Assembly: GCA_045533915.1 (NCBI GenBank)
Contig: JAZSIP010000039.1
Location: 1-63,303, forward strand
Direction of reading: 5' to 3'
Source of the DNA: Eubacteriales bacterium
Lineage (GTDB): Bacteria > Bacillota > Clostridia > Oscillospirales > CAG-272
Length of the DNA: 63,303 nucleotides
How positions within the stretch are numbered: the first letter of the stretch is position 1; each line of letters opens with the position of its first letter. Positions 56,101 through 63,303 of this stretch are shown piece by piece. Below the pieces are notes generated by a model, which worked only from the letters and a program-made list of their open reading frames with translations, searched no databases and was not told the DNA's origin. The translations under genes were made by a program, and so were the position numbers.

Positions 56101-56505
56101 GTCAGGCGTTATAGAACACATTTTAAACTCGTTGACGGCGCTTAGCATAAGATCGCAAAGCGAAGCATCACTCTCGGCAAGCATACCGTATTCTTCAAGC
56201 ATAGGAGCAAGCTCGCGAAGATTTTGCCACATAAGAAGATATTTTATAGGCTTTTTTATATAGTTATATGAAAGTCCGCCGTATTCTCGACAGACTCTGT
56301 TATACAGACGTGAAAAGTTAATGACCTCAAGCTCAAGCTGTGAAGAGGGAGAAAGAGCATTCAAGGTCATACGTTCAGCGGAGACAGCCTCCTGTTCGGG
56401 AACTATAAGAAAGGTGTGTCTTCCTTCGGAGAGACTTTTTTTGATATTTTGCAAAACAAGCGTCGTTTTTCCGCTTCCGTAAGTTCCAAAAATAAACGTT
56501 ATCAC
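53200..56505 (-). CDS. addB: ATP-dependent helicase/deoxyribonuclease subunit B (AddB)
   Basis: It has FGTYGSGKT and a C-terminal nuclease with Fe-S cysteines (CPFKYFC, CSYCEYKSVC). The start was set to GTG 56505 after the RBS AAGGAG. The ORF-track extension to 56610 looks spurious. Confidence 0.85.
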   Translation of the reverse strand: MITFIFGTYGSGKTTLVLQNIKKSLSEGRHTFLIVPEQEAVSAERMTLNALSPSSQLELEVINFSRLYNRVCREYGGLSYNYIKKPIKYLLMWQNLRELAPMLEEYGMLAESDASLCDLMLSAVNEFKMCSITPDSIEKASEKLNKDDPLRKKLRDLSLIYASFDRLIAEKYSDSSDDLSRLYDTLSKHDFFANCDVYIDSFTSFTAVEHKVIERIFASASNVTVTIPLPHPEYDGNYTSSIRHSLERLLRNAEKHGGAICQTLGENRRTSSQALSYLTKNLWQLEVQEDSHIDISDGSIVMEKCENAYAESEAVSAHILELLRNGARCHDIAVIARDPSRYKGIIEPAFEKNGIPFFMADKTDLSSLAPIKLILSALKIRRFNWQRSDVLAHVKTGLYPIDQRKIDLFEEYVNTWNIRGAKFTDGDFTMNPDGYKKEMSERAKDILLAANETRKAIAEPLTKLFILLDSSENIADMCRALFEYISELGLEDRLDELAKKESARGKPKSAAEFSSLYGIILNTLADIGEAMEDQEASIEELYTILKTVFDQTDIGTIPTSIDEVTIGSAAIMRTSNVKYTFVLGLCESIFPAAVRDTGVFGAGERERLNSLDIELSADVNSRSSDELINGLRVFSSLAANLYLFTATSELGASEQRFPSLAFNRVKVLFPTINIHEFKGNDFQYLTSGPKGAIGHLRSMKGSSEGEALRIAATPYLPSMSQRSQAESFSPKERLSEAITSKKRFENMTLSFSKFEKYVSCPFKYFCYSELKLRESGRARFEFNDMGTFVHYVLEKLLRYSVTELSDGSLPDRDMIIKKGDAIVDEYIDGIFPSDSQTPKRLSHLFSRLKKLSRLVIDNMLKEMEHSKFKPAFFELETNGIGSNPRPMVFIPEDKSYKVTFTGIIDRVDLFKNDGEVYIRVIDYKTGSKTFSLGDVEHGMNLQMLLYLCTLCRNRDNDFARVLGLEQGKTATPAGMVYLLAKVPVISLEDYTEEDTVIRSADFEIERNGLLLGNEEILYAMNDELDSQFLAGISQKDGILSGNALISGENFEKLFSDMEKVILKITAEMRSGCADVRPLKYDGKDPCSYCEYKSVCRYISKS

Positions 56506-56761
56506 GCAATGTCTCCTTTCTATATGATAAAAAATTATTGCAATATAGTGAAAATCGTGGTATACTATAATGTGAAGATAATTTACAATTATATTATAAC
56601 ATATAAACAAAGTCTTAGCAACTGTTTTTTTGTTTCACTTAAACTTTTGTGTAATTCAATAAGAGTTAAATAATTCGTCAAAAAACTGTCACATACGAAA
56701 TTTATAATAAAACTGTATAATATAATTAAAACTTTTCTTAAGATGAAGGGAAGGTGTATCA

Positions 56762-58228
56762 ATGCAAGATCGTTTAAATGGAGAAGATCGCGAATTAAAT
56801 ACTAATCATAACGACAGCGGGACAGATAATTTTTCGGAAGGAAAAAAAGACTATGAAAATAATCAAAATAGCAAAGAAAGCGGCGAATATCATAAAGAAG
56901 AGCTTCAAACAGAAATCGAAGCAAATGAATGCCAAGGGCAAGATAATGATAAAAAAGCGCAAGATAATAGAGCAGAAGTGGAAGACACTCAAGGACCCAA
57001 AGGTGTAACTGAAAACAAGACTGAAAAAGAAGGACCGCAGACGGCATCGACAACCTATGCTCCTCCATATTATACATCGCAAACGAGCTGTTGGAGCAGA
57101 GAAAAGACAACGGACAAGCCAAAAGAAAAACACAGAATGAATTCGTGGGTGATAGCGGTCTGCGTTATATTGAGCCTTGCGATAGCCGTATTTGCGGGTG
57201 CGTTTGCGGGATATTATGCCGTATATTCATTGGCAAATATCTCGGGTGCGTCAAGCGTGGGAACTATCATAAAAAACAACGGCAGAGTTGAAGTAAACAA
57301 GGTAATACAGGACGGAGATTATTCCGCAATGGACGTCTCGGGAGTTGCCGCGGCGGTCAAGGACAGTGTTGTTGAAATAACTACTTCCGCAATTCAGACA
57401 CATCCTTTTTTCGGTCAATACGTGACAAGCGGAGCGGGAAGCGGAGTGATAATTTTACAGGCAGATGCCTCTGGCGTTGGATATATAGTTACCAACTATC
57501 ACGTTGTAGAGGGCGCAAGTGAAATTACCGTGCGACTTAATAACGGTAATGAATATAAGGCTTTATACAGAGCTGGCGATGAAGCTATGGATATCGCTGT
57601 CATAGAGATACAGGCAACAGAGACGCTTGTATGCGCCGAGATAGGAAACAGTGATAAGCTTGCCGTAGGAGACGAGGTAGTGGCAATAGGCAACCCTCTG
57701 GGTGAGCTTGGAGGTACGGTAACAAACGGAATAATAAGTGCGCTTGAGCGCAATATAATCGTCGAAAATAACGCAATGGTCCTTTTGCAGACCAATGCGG
57801 CAATAAATCCAGGTAACTCGGGCGGCGGACTGTTTGATATGGGCGGAAAGCTTGTTGGTATAGTAAACGCAAAGGAATCGGCAGAGGGAATAGAGGGACT
57901 TGGCTTTGCTATCCCGATAAACCGAATAGAACAGGCAATCGAGGATATACTCTCGGAGGACGGATACGTAAAGGGCAGACCGACTCTTTTGGCTACAGTT
58001 TCTTATGATTCAAGATACGGTCTTTATGTGACGAGCGTGAGTGAGGGAAGTCCTTTGCACGCGGGAGATATAATAGAATCGATTAACGATACTAACGTAA
58101 AAAGTGAGCTTGAATATAACATCATAGTTTCCGAGCTCGAGATAGGATCTCAGGCAACGATCAGCATAAAGCGAAACAAAATTCCGCTCAAGATAACTGT
58201 TACCGTATCGGAGAACAAGTCGGTTTAA
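56762..58228 (+). CDS. HtrA/DegP-family serine protease with a PDZ domain and a low-complexity acidic N-terminus
   Basis: It has one TM helix, a trypsin-like core (TNYHVV, GNSGGGLFD) and a C-terminal PDZ-like region. Confidence 0.85.
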   Translation: MQDRLNGEDRELNTNHNDSGTDNFSEGKKDYENNQNSKESGEYHKEELQTEIEANECQGQDNDKKAQDNRAEVEDTQGPKGVTENKTEKEGPQTASTTYAPPYYTSQTSCWSREKTTDKPKEKHRMNSWVIAVCVILSLAIAVFAGAFAGYYAVYSLANISGASSVGTIIKNNGRVEVNKVIQDGDYSAMDVSGVAAAVKDSVVEITTSAIQTHPFFGQYVTSGAGSGVIILQADASGVGYIVTNYHVVEGASEITVRLNNGNEYKALYRAGDEAMDIAVIEIQATETLVCAEIGNSDKLAVGDEVVAIGNPLGELGGTVTNGIISALERNIIVENNAMVLLQTNAAINPGNSGGGLFDMGGKLVGIVNAKESAEGIEGLGFAIPINRIEQAIEDILSEDGYVKGRPTLLATVSYDSRYGLYVTSVSEGSPLHAGDIIESINDTNVKSELEYNIIVSELEIGSQATISIKRNKIPLKITVTVSENKSV

Positions 58229-58260
58229 AAGCTATTTAATAACAACGATGGAGGAAGATT

Positions 58261-58950
58261 ATGTATCGCATTTTAGTGGTGGACGATGAATCGCGCATCA
58301 GGTCAATAATAAAGAAATATGCGGAATTTGAAGGGCATAATGTTACCGAGGCGGCAGACGGTATGGAAGCGGTCCATTTGTGCAGAACAAACGAATTTGA
58401 TATAGTTATAATGGATATTATGATGCCCGAGCTTGACGGTTTTTCTGCGTGCAGAGAGATAAGAAAGATATCTCAGATACCGATAATAATGCTCTCGGCA
58501 AGAGGAGAGGAATACGATAAGATAAACGGATTTGAGCTTGGTATCGACGATTACGTGGTAAAGCCCTTTTCTCCAAAGGAGCTTATGCTCCGCATAGAAG
58601 CCGTAATGAAGCGTGTAACACGTATTGCGTCAGAGCCTATGAAGAAAGAAAACGTCGTTGTGGAGCTTGATAACGGCGGACTTCGCGCAGATATTACAGC
58701 GCGTCTTGTGTTTATAGACGGAGAGCGCATAGATATGTCTCCAAAGGAATATGATCTCTTCTTTTATATGCTTGAAAACAGAAACATAGCCTTGTCAAGA
58801 GAAAAGCTTATAAGTGACGTTTGGGGATATGATTTTTACGGAGACGTGCGTACTCTCGATACACATATAAAGCTCTTGAGAAAAAGTTTGCGCCAATATG
58901 CAAATCTTATCGTCACACTCAGAGGCGTAGGATATCGTTTTGAGGGCTAA
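58261..58950 (+). CDS. OmpR/PhoB-family response regulator
   Basis: It has a receiver domain (ILVVDDE, DIVIMDIMMPELDG) and a winged-helix output domain (LRGVGYRF). Confidence 0.9.
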   Translation: MYRILVVDDESRIRSIIKKYAEFEGHNVTEAADGMEAVHLCRTNEFDIVIMDIMMPELDGFSACREIRKISQIPIIMLSARGEEYDKINGFELGIDDYVVKPFSPKELMLRIEAVMKRVTRIASEPMKKENVVVELDNGGLRADITARLVFIDGERIDMSPKEYDLFFYMLENRNIALSREKLISDVWGYDFYGDVRTLDTHIKLLRKSLRQYANLIVTLRGVGYRFEG

Positions 58951-58952
58951 GC

Positions 58953-60488
58953 GTGGATAACGGAGAAAATAAACGGTATAACTCAAACCGTATAGGCATA
59001 AAATGGAAGATGTTTGCGCTTTTGATAATATTTACGGCATTTGCGATACTTATAATCTGGATATGCGGAGTGCAAATGGTAAGCCGTTTTTATCAAAGCA
59101 CAAAATTCAATGAGTTGAAATTCTCAAACAGCTCTGTTTCGGCGGCACTTGGAGATAGCGAAAGACTTGAAAATTCGATAAAAGAATGTGCGGACGAATA
59201 TCACGTAGATATATGGGTATATTCAATAGCGCAAAATTCCGCATATAAAATAGCGTCTGCCAACGGAACGGGAACTCCCGAGCCTGTGTTTTTGAATAAG
59301 CATATGCTTGCAATGTACGAAACGGCTACCAAAAATGACGGACATTATATCGCTATCGTTCCAATGGACGAATATGAGAGAAATTTTGAAATGCACGTGA
59401 TCTCAGATAATATGGGTGATCCCGATGCGATCCCGTCTTATCGAAATCATTCAAGCGCACTGGTAGCATTGTCTATCAGTACACACGATGTGGACGGAAC
59501 GAGATACGCTGTTCTTCAAGCAACCGATCTTACTCCTATATCGTCAATGGTAAAGACTATGCGCAACCAATTTTCATGGATCGGCGTATCTCTGATAATT
59601 TTGGTGCTTATCTTTGCGGAGGTAATGTCAAGGTTTATTACAAAGCCCTTTATAAATATGAATAAAGCCGCTAAATCATTGGCAAAGGGCGATTATGATG
59701 TTGAATTTTCGGGAAAGGGTTATCGCGAGATAAACGAGCTTGCGGATACTTTGAATTATGCCGCAGAGGAGCTTTCGCGAAACGATGCGCTCAAACAGGA
59801 GCTTATAGCAAATCTGTCTCACGATCTCCGTACCCCTCTTACGATGATAAAAGGGTATGGCGAGGTAATGAGAGATATTCCGGGAGAAAATACTCCCGAA
59901 AATATACAGGTCATAATCGATGAGACCGAGCGCCTTTCGGAGCTTGTAAACGAGGTTTTCGATCTTTCAAAAATACAGTCGGGAGCTCAGAAGCCCAAGT
60001 TTGAAATATTCAGCTTAACGGATACCGTAAGCTCTACTATGCATAGGTACGAAAAGCTTACCGAGCAGGACGGATATAAAATAGAATTTTCGGAAGATGG
60101 AAACGCCGACGTTTGCGCAGACCGAGGAATGATACTTCAGGTAGTATATAATCTCATAAATAACGCGATAAATTATACGGGCGAGGATAAATACGTTCTT
60201 GTAAAGCAGGAAATAAAGGGAGATAGTGTCCGTATAAGCGTTACCGATACGGGAGAGGGAATACAAAGGGAAGATATACCTCTCATATGGGACAGATATT
60301 ACAAAATAGATAAGATACACAAACGAGCAAAGGTAGGCGCAGGTATAGGACTTTCGATAGTAAAGGAGATACTTGAGCTTCATAACGCTACCTATGGGGT
60401 AGAGAGCATTATAGGAAAGGGCTCGACCTTTTGGTTTGAGCTTACTTCGGTTACTGCGGAGGTAGTGAATAACGACACAAATCAATAA
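58953..60488 (+). CDS. Sensor histidine kinase (2 TM, HAMP, HisKA, HATPase_c)
   Basis: It has the H-box LSHDLRTPLT, the N-box NLINNAINYT and the G-boxes DTGEGI and GAGIGLSIV. The start is GTG. Confidence 0.85.
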   Translation: MDNGENKRYNSNRIGIKWKMFALLIIFTAFAILIIWICGVQMVSRFYQSTKFNELKFSNSSVSAALGDSERLENSIKECADEYHVDIWVYSIAQNSAYKIASANGTGTPEPVFLNKHMLAMYETATKNDGHYIAIVPMDEYERNFEMHVISDNMGDPDAIPSYRNHSSALVALSISTHDVDGTRYAVLQATDLTPISSMVKTMRNQFSWIGVSLIILVLIFAEVMSRFITKPFINMNKAAKSLAKGDYDVEFSGKGYREINELADTLNYAAEELSRNDALKQELIANLSHDLRTPLTMIKGYGEVMRDIPGENTPENIQVIIDETERLSELVNEVFDLSKIQSGAQKPKFEIFSLTDTVSSTMHRYEKLTEQDGYKIEFSEDGNADVCADRGMILQVVYNLINNAINYTGEDKYVLVKQEIKGDSVRISVTDTGEGIQREDIPLIWDRYYKIDKIHKRAKVGAGIGLSIVKEILELHNATYGVESIIGKGSTFWFELTSVTAEVVNNDTNQ

Positions 60489-60501
60489 CGAAAGGGACTT
60501 T

Positions 60502-61368
60502 ATGAGACTTTTAACCGATGAAAAAATATTAGATTCACTCGTATGTCCGCATTGCAGAGAAAAGCTTCACGTTGAAGAAAAAAGTCTCGTATGCGGGGGA
60601 GTAAAAAAGCATTGCTTTGATTTCGGCGGAGGCGGATACGTGAACTTTGGCGCACCCGTACATAGCGGCGGAGGAGATTCCAAAAGCGCTGTACGAGCGA
60701 GAAGCGCATTTTTGAACCTTGGATATTACTCGCCTGTAGCCGAAGCACTCGCGAGAACCGTAGCCGAATTTTGTGATTCGAATGACGGTATCGTCATAGA
60801 TGCAGGCTGTGGAGAGGGATATTACTCGGATAGAATAGCCGCAGACGGATTTTCCGTTATGGGCGCGGATCTTTCAAAGTTTGCCGTCGATGCCGCATCG
60901 AAAAGATCAAATGCATCGTGCCGAGAAAACTCATTTTTCACAGTTTCAAGCGTGTTTTCCTTGCCCGTAAAGGACGAATGCGCATCATCAGTAATAAACG
61001 TTTTTGCGCCTTGTGTCGAAAAAGAATACGAGCGTGTCATAAAAAATAACGGCGTTCTTATAGTCGTATCTGCGGGACAGGATCACTTGATGGGATTAAA
61101 AAAACTTTTGTATTCCGAGGTCCATGAAAACAACGAACGCGCCGATATGCCAAAGCTTATGGAAAAGGTAAAGGAAGAAAACATCAAATTTGATATAAGC
61201 GTCGAAGGAAAAGAAGCTATAGCCAATCTTTTTGAAATGACTCCGTATTATTGGCGTACTTCAAAGGACGACGCCAAAAAGCTCGAGTCCGTTGAGATAC
61301 TTGATACCGAAATAGATATGACGATTACCGTATATCGCAAAAAAGCAGCACAAAAGGAGAGGACATGA
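60502..61368 (+). CDS. RlmA-like 23S rRNA (guanine-N1)-methyltransferase
   Basis: It has an N-terminal zinc ribbon (CPHC...C...HCFDFGGGGYVNF) and the SAM-binding motif IDAGCGEGYY. Confidence 0.7.
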   Translation: MRLLTDEKILDSLVCPHCREKLHVEEKSLVCGGVKKHCFDFGGGGYVNFGAPVHSGGGDSKSAVRARSAFLNLGYYSPVAEALARTVAEFCDSNDGIVIDAGCGEGYYSDRIAADGFSVMGADLSKFAVDAASKRSNASCRENSFFTVSSVFSLPVKDECASSVINVFAPCVEKEYERVIKNNGVLIVVSAGQDHLMGLKKLLYSEVHENNERADMPKLMEKVKEENIKFDISVEGKEAIANLFEMTPYYWRTSKDDAKKLESVEILDTEIDMTITVYRKKAAQKERT

Positions 61369-62078
61369 AAGTATCAGTAGTAATTCCGATGTATAATGAG
61401 AGCAGTATTATAGCCGATACTGCCAAAAAGCTATCGGAGGAAATGGTAAGAAGCTTCGATTCTTATGAGATACTTTTTTCGGACGACGGTTCAAAGGACG
61501 GCTGTGGTGATATCGTAAGGGATTTAAATCTGCCTTGTGTACGTGTAACGGGATACTCTCAGAATAAGGGCAAAGGCTGTGCGGTAAGAACGGCTGTAAT
61601 GGAAGCCGAGGGAGATATCATTATGTTTACCGATGCCGATCTTGCTTACGGTACGAATGTTATATGCGAAGCCGTAAAAATGCTTGAAGAGAATGCAGAT
61701 GCTGGAATACTCATAGGATCGAGAAATATATCAAAGGACGGATACGACGGATATACATTTTTGAGAAAGTTGGTTTCCAAGGTCTATATAAAGATTTTGT
61801 GTATTGTGGGCGGCTTTGATCTGTCCGACTCACAGTGCGGCTGTAAGGCATTCAGACGAGATGCGGCAAGAACTGTATTTTCAAAGGCAAAGGTCAACGG
61901 ATTTGCTTTTGATTTTGAAATGATATTGCGCGCAAAGAAAGTTGGCATAAAGATCGTAGAAATGCCCGTAAAGATAATAAATCACCGCGAATCGAAGGTG
62001 AACGTGCTTCGTGACAGTATCCGTATGCTTCGCGACCTGAGAAAGATCAAAAGGGATATAAAAAGAGAAAAGAATTAA
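61365..62078 (+). CDS. Family 2 glycosyltransferase (polyprenyl-phosphate glycosyltransferase-like)
   Basis: It has VVIPMYNE, SDDGSKD and FTDADL motifs. Confidence 0.8.
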   Translation: MKVSVVIPMYNESSIIADTAKKLSEEMVRSFDSYEILFSDDGSKDGCGDIVRDLNLPCVRVTGYSQNKGKGCAVRTAVMEAEGDIIMFTDADLAYGTNVICEAVKMLEENADAGILIGSRNISKDGYDGYTFLRKLVSKVYIKILCIVGGFDLSDSQCGCKAFRRDAARTVFSKAKVNGFAFDFEMILRAKKVGIKIVEMPVKIINHRESKVNVLRDSIRMLRDLRKIKRDIKREKN

Positions 62079-62116
62079 AAAAATAACAGTCCGCCGCATA
62101 AAAAAGCGACGGACTG

Positions 62117-62145
62117 TTGACATTTCTTAGATCTTGTGATAAAAT
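62117..62145 (+). promoter_or_regulatory. Sigma-A promoter with an extended -10, upstream of pnuC
   Basis: TTGACA (62117-62122), a 17-nt spacer, then TG-n-TAAAAT (62140-62145). Confidence 0.6.
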
Positions 62146-62249
62146 ATAAAAAAATAACTGCCACCGGGTAGTGAGAGCTTTGCACTCGTGAACGTATCAT
62201 TAGGTCTTTGAAGATGCGTTTCGGGTGTTATTTTTTTGAGGTAAACGTA
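62146..62249 (+). promoter_or_regulatory. pnuC leader with an intrinsic terminator (attenuator or riboswitch candidate)
   Basis: The hairpin is CACTCG-tg-AACGTATC / GATGCGTT-t-CGGGTG (62183-62227), followed by TTATTTTTTT. The RBS GAGG comes immediately after. Confidence 0.45.
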
Positions 62250-62942
62250 ATGTTAAAAAATCCTTTTTCGGAATTAAAAAAGCACGAATGGATACTATGG
62301 GCAATATCAATGACCGTAGTGCTTGTGTCAAATTTTGTTTCAAAAGATATACAGCCTGTCACATTGTTAGCTACGCTTATAGGAGTGACCGCCCTTATAT
62401 TTGTAGCAAAGGGAAACGTTTGGGGACAGATATTTACAGTCGTTTTCAGCGTTCTTTATTCTATAACCTCGTTTGAGTTTCGTTATTACGGCGAGATAAT
62501 AACTTATCTCGGAATGAGCGCGCCGATAGCGGCGTTGTCGGTAGTATCGTGGCTTCGCAATCCTTATAAAAAAGGGAAGAACGAGGTCAAAATACGTCAC
62601 TTAAAAGCTCGTGATGTTGTTTTGTGCGTTGTGTTGACATTGAGCGTTACTATCGCGTTTTATTTTATATTGCGCGCACTTGATACGCCGAATCTTCTCG
62701 TAAGCACAGTGTCTATAACAACGAGCTTTCTTGCGTCGTATCTTATGTTTATGCGCAATTCCTATTATGCGCTCGCATATGCTGTAAACGATATAGTTTT
62801 GGTAACATTATGGATATTGGCTACCTTTGAAAGCCTTTCATATCTTCCGATGGTCGCGTGCTTCGCGATATTTCTTGTGAATGATATATACGGCTTCGCA
62901 AGCTGGAAGATTCGCGAGAAAAAACAGGAAGCAGGGGAATAA
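62250..62942 (+). CDS. pnuC: PnuC-family nicotinamide riboside (vitamin) transporter
   Basis: It has ~7 TM segments. The conserved W-x-x-W-like N-terminus (EWILWAIS) and the C-terminal NDIYGF(A)SW motif are typical of PnuC. ATG 62250 follows GAGG. Confidence 0.75.
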   Translation: MLKNPFSELKKHEWILWAISMTVVLVSNFVSKDIQPVTLLATLIGVTALIFVAKGNVWGQIFTVVFSVLYSITSFEFRYYGEIITYLGMSAPIAALSVVSWLRNPYKKGKNEVKIRHLKARDVVLCVVLTLSVTIAFYFILRALDTPNLLVSTVSITTSFLASYLMFMRNSYYALAYAVNDIVLVTLWILATFESLSYLPMVACFAIFLVNDIYGFASWKIREKKQEAGE

Positions 62943-62963
62943 AAAGTGTGATCGTAGCACTAT

Positions 62964-63116
62964 GTTTCATCTAAAAGTTTACATTTTTATTCCGCCTAAG
63001 ATCCTTCGCTTTTCCGCCCCACGTTGTCATTCTTGAGCGTAAGCGAAGGATCTCGTGGGGCGGCGAAGCTCAAGGATGACAAGGCGGAGGGTATGTTGTC
63101 AAGTTTTAGATGAAAC
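62964..63116. repeat. Complex repeat with interleaved (non-nested) inverted-repeat modules
   Basis: The modules appear in the order A B C D E C' D' E' B' A'. A is 62964-62976 with 63104-63116. B is 62991-62997 with 63082-63088. C is 63000-63011 with 63041-63052. D is 63014-63023 with 63054-63063. E is 63024-63038 with 63068-63082. Confidence 0.75.
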
Positions 63117-63122
63117 AAGGTA

Positions 63123-63148
63123 GTAGGGACAGGCGTCCGCGACTGTCC
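63123..63148. repeat. Solo half-site of the 44663-44785 palindromic element family
   Basis: GTAGGGACAGGCGTCCGCGACTGTCC compared with GTAGGGACCGGCGTCCTCGACGGTCC (44761-44785). Confidence 0.6.
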
Positions 63149-63158
63149 AAAAAAGAAC

Positions 63159-63200
63159 GGGACTGAGTCAAAAGCTTATAATTAAGCGAATGGCTCAGCC
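63159..63200. repeat. Second copy of the GCTGAGTCAAAAGCTT...AAGCGAATGGCTCAGC hairpin family
   Basis: GGGACTGAGTCAAAAGCTTATAATTAAGCGAATGGCTCAGCC, compared with 22472-22515. Confidence 0.7.
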
Positions 63201-63303
63201 TTTTGCTATGCAATTTTGCGAATTACGTGTAACATAAAAGAAAAAGCGTCGAATTGAGGCGAAAATGAGTACGACAAAAAGAGGATCATAAAATCCTTGT
63301 TTT

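Noticed and set aside
44583-63200. Dispersed palindromic repeats as a CRISPR array
   Set aside because: The repeats are not regularly spaced direct repeats with unique spacers. They are isolated inverted repeats, and no cas genes are present.

Overview
This window looks like a low-GC, spore-forming Clostridia chromosome (inference from spoIIR, CIRCE/hrcA and codon style). It has two parts.

(1) Positions ~1-8050 are the right-hand end of an integrated mobile element. It carries a Tn916-style regulatory and recombination module: XRE repressor, ECF-like sigma factor plus DUF4367 partner, a sigma-region-4 HTH protein, excisionase and tyrosine integrase. It sits next to a tRNA-Pro(GGG) gene. Its cargo is the most unusual content of the window. 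A ~0.5 kb non-coding stretch, visibly more G+C-rich than its flanks and densely self-complementary (3200-3712), lies directly upstream of an Fe-S DinG/XPD-type helicase. A small membrane protein is translationally coupled to the helicase. I propose this as a candidate large structured RNA plus helicase accessory module of unknown function.

(2) The rest is mostly core chromosome:
- rhamnose genes (araC-type regulator, rhaB, rhaA)
- spoIIR, hisS and a MATE exporter
- a degenerate ABC ATPase with a fused ABC-2/GldG permease
- a CNNM/CorC transporter behind a riboswitch-like leader
- an AI-2E x2 / htpG operon, and ispE
- a dlt-like surface-acylation operon (adenylation enzyme, carrier protein, MBOAT, SGNH-like protein)
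- hrcA-grpE-dnaK-dnaJ-prmA with a CIRCE operator
- a small AT-rich island with two paralogous promoter/structured-RNA modules and an orphan gene
- an Ldh_2 oxidoreductase and a malic enzyme, and a leaderless DUF11 protein
- addBA, htrA, a two-component system, an rlmA-like methyltransferase, a GT2 glycosyltransferase and pnuC

Several families of palindromic REP-like repeats are present. No CRISPR array or rRNA was seen. All calls come from reading the ORF translations and the sequence by eye. No database search or folding computation was run.
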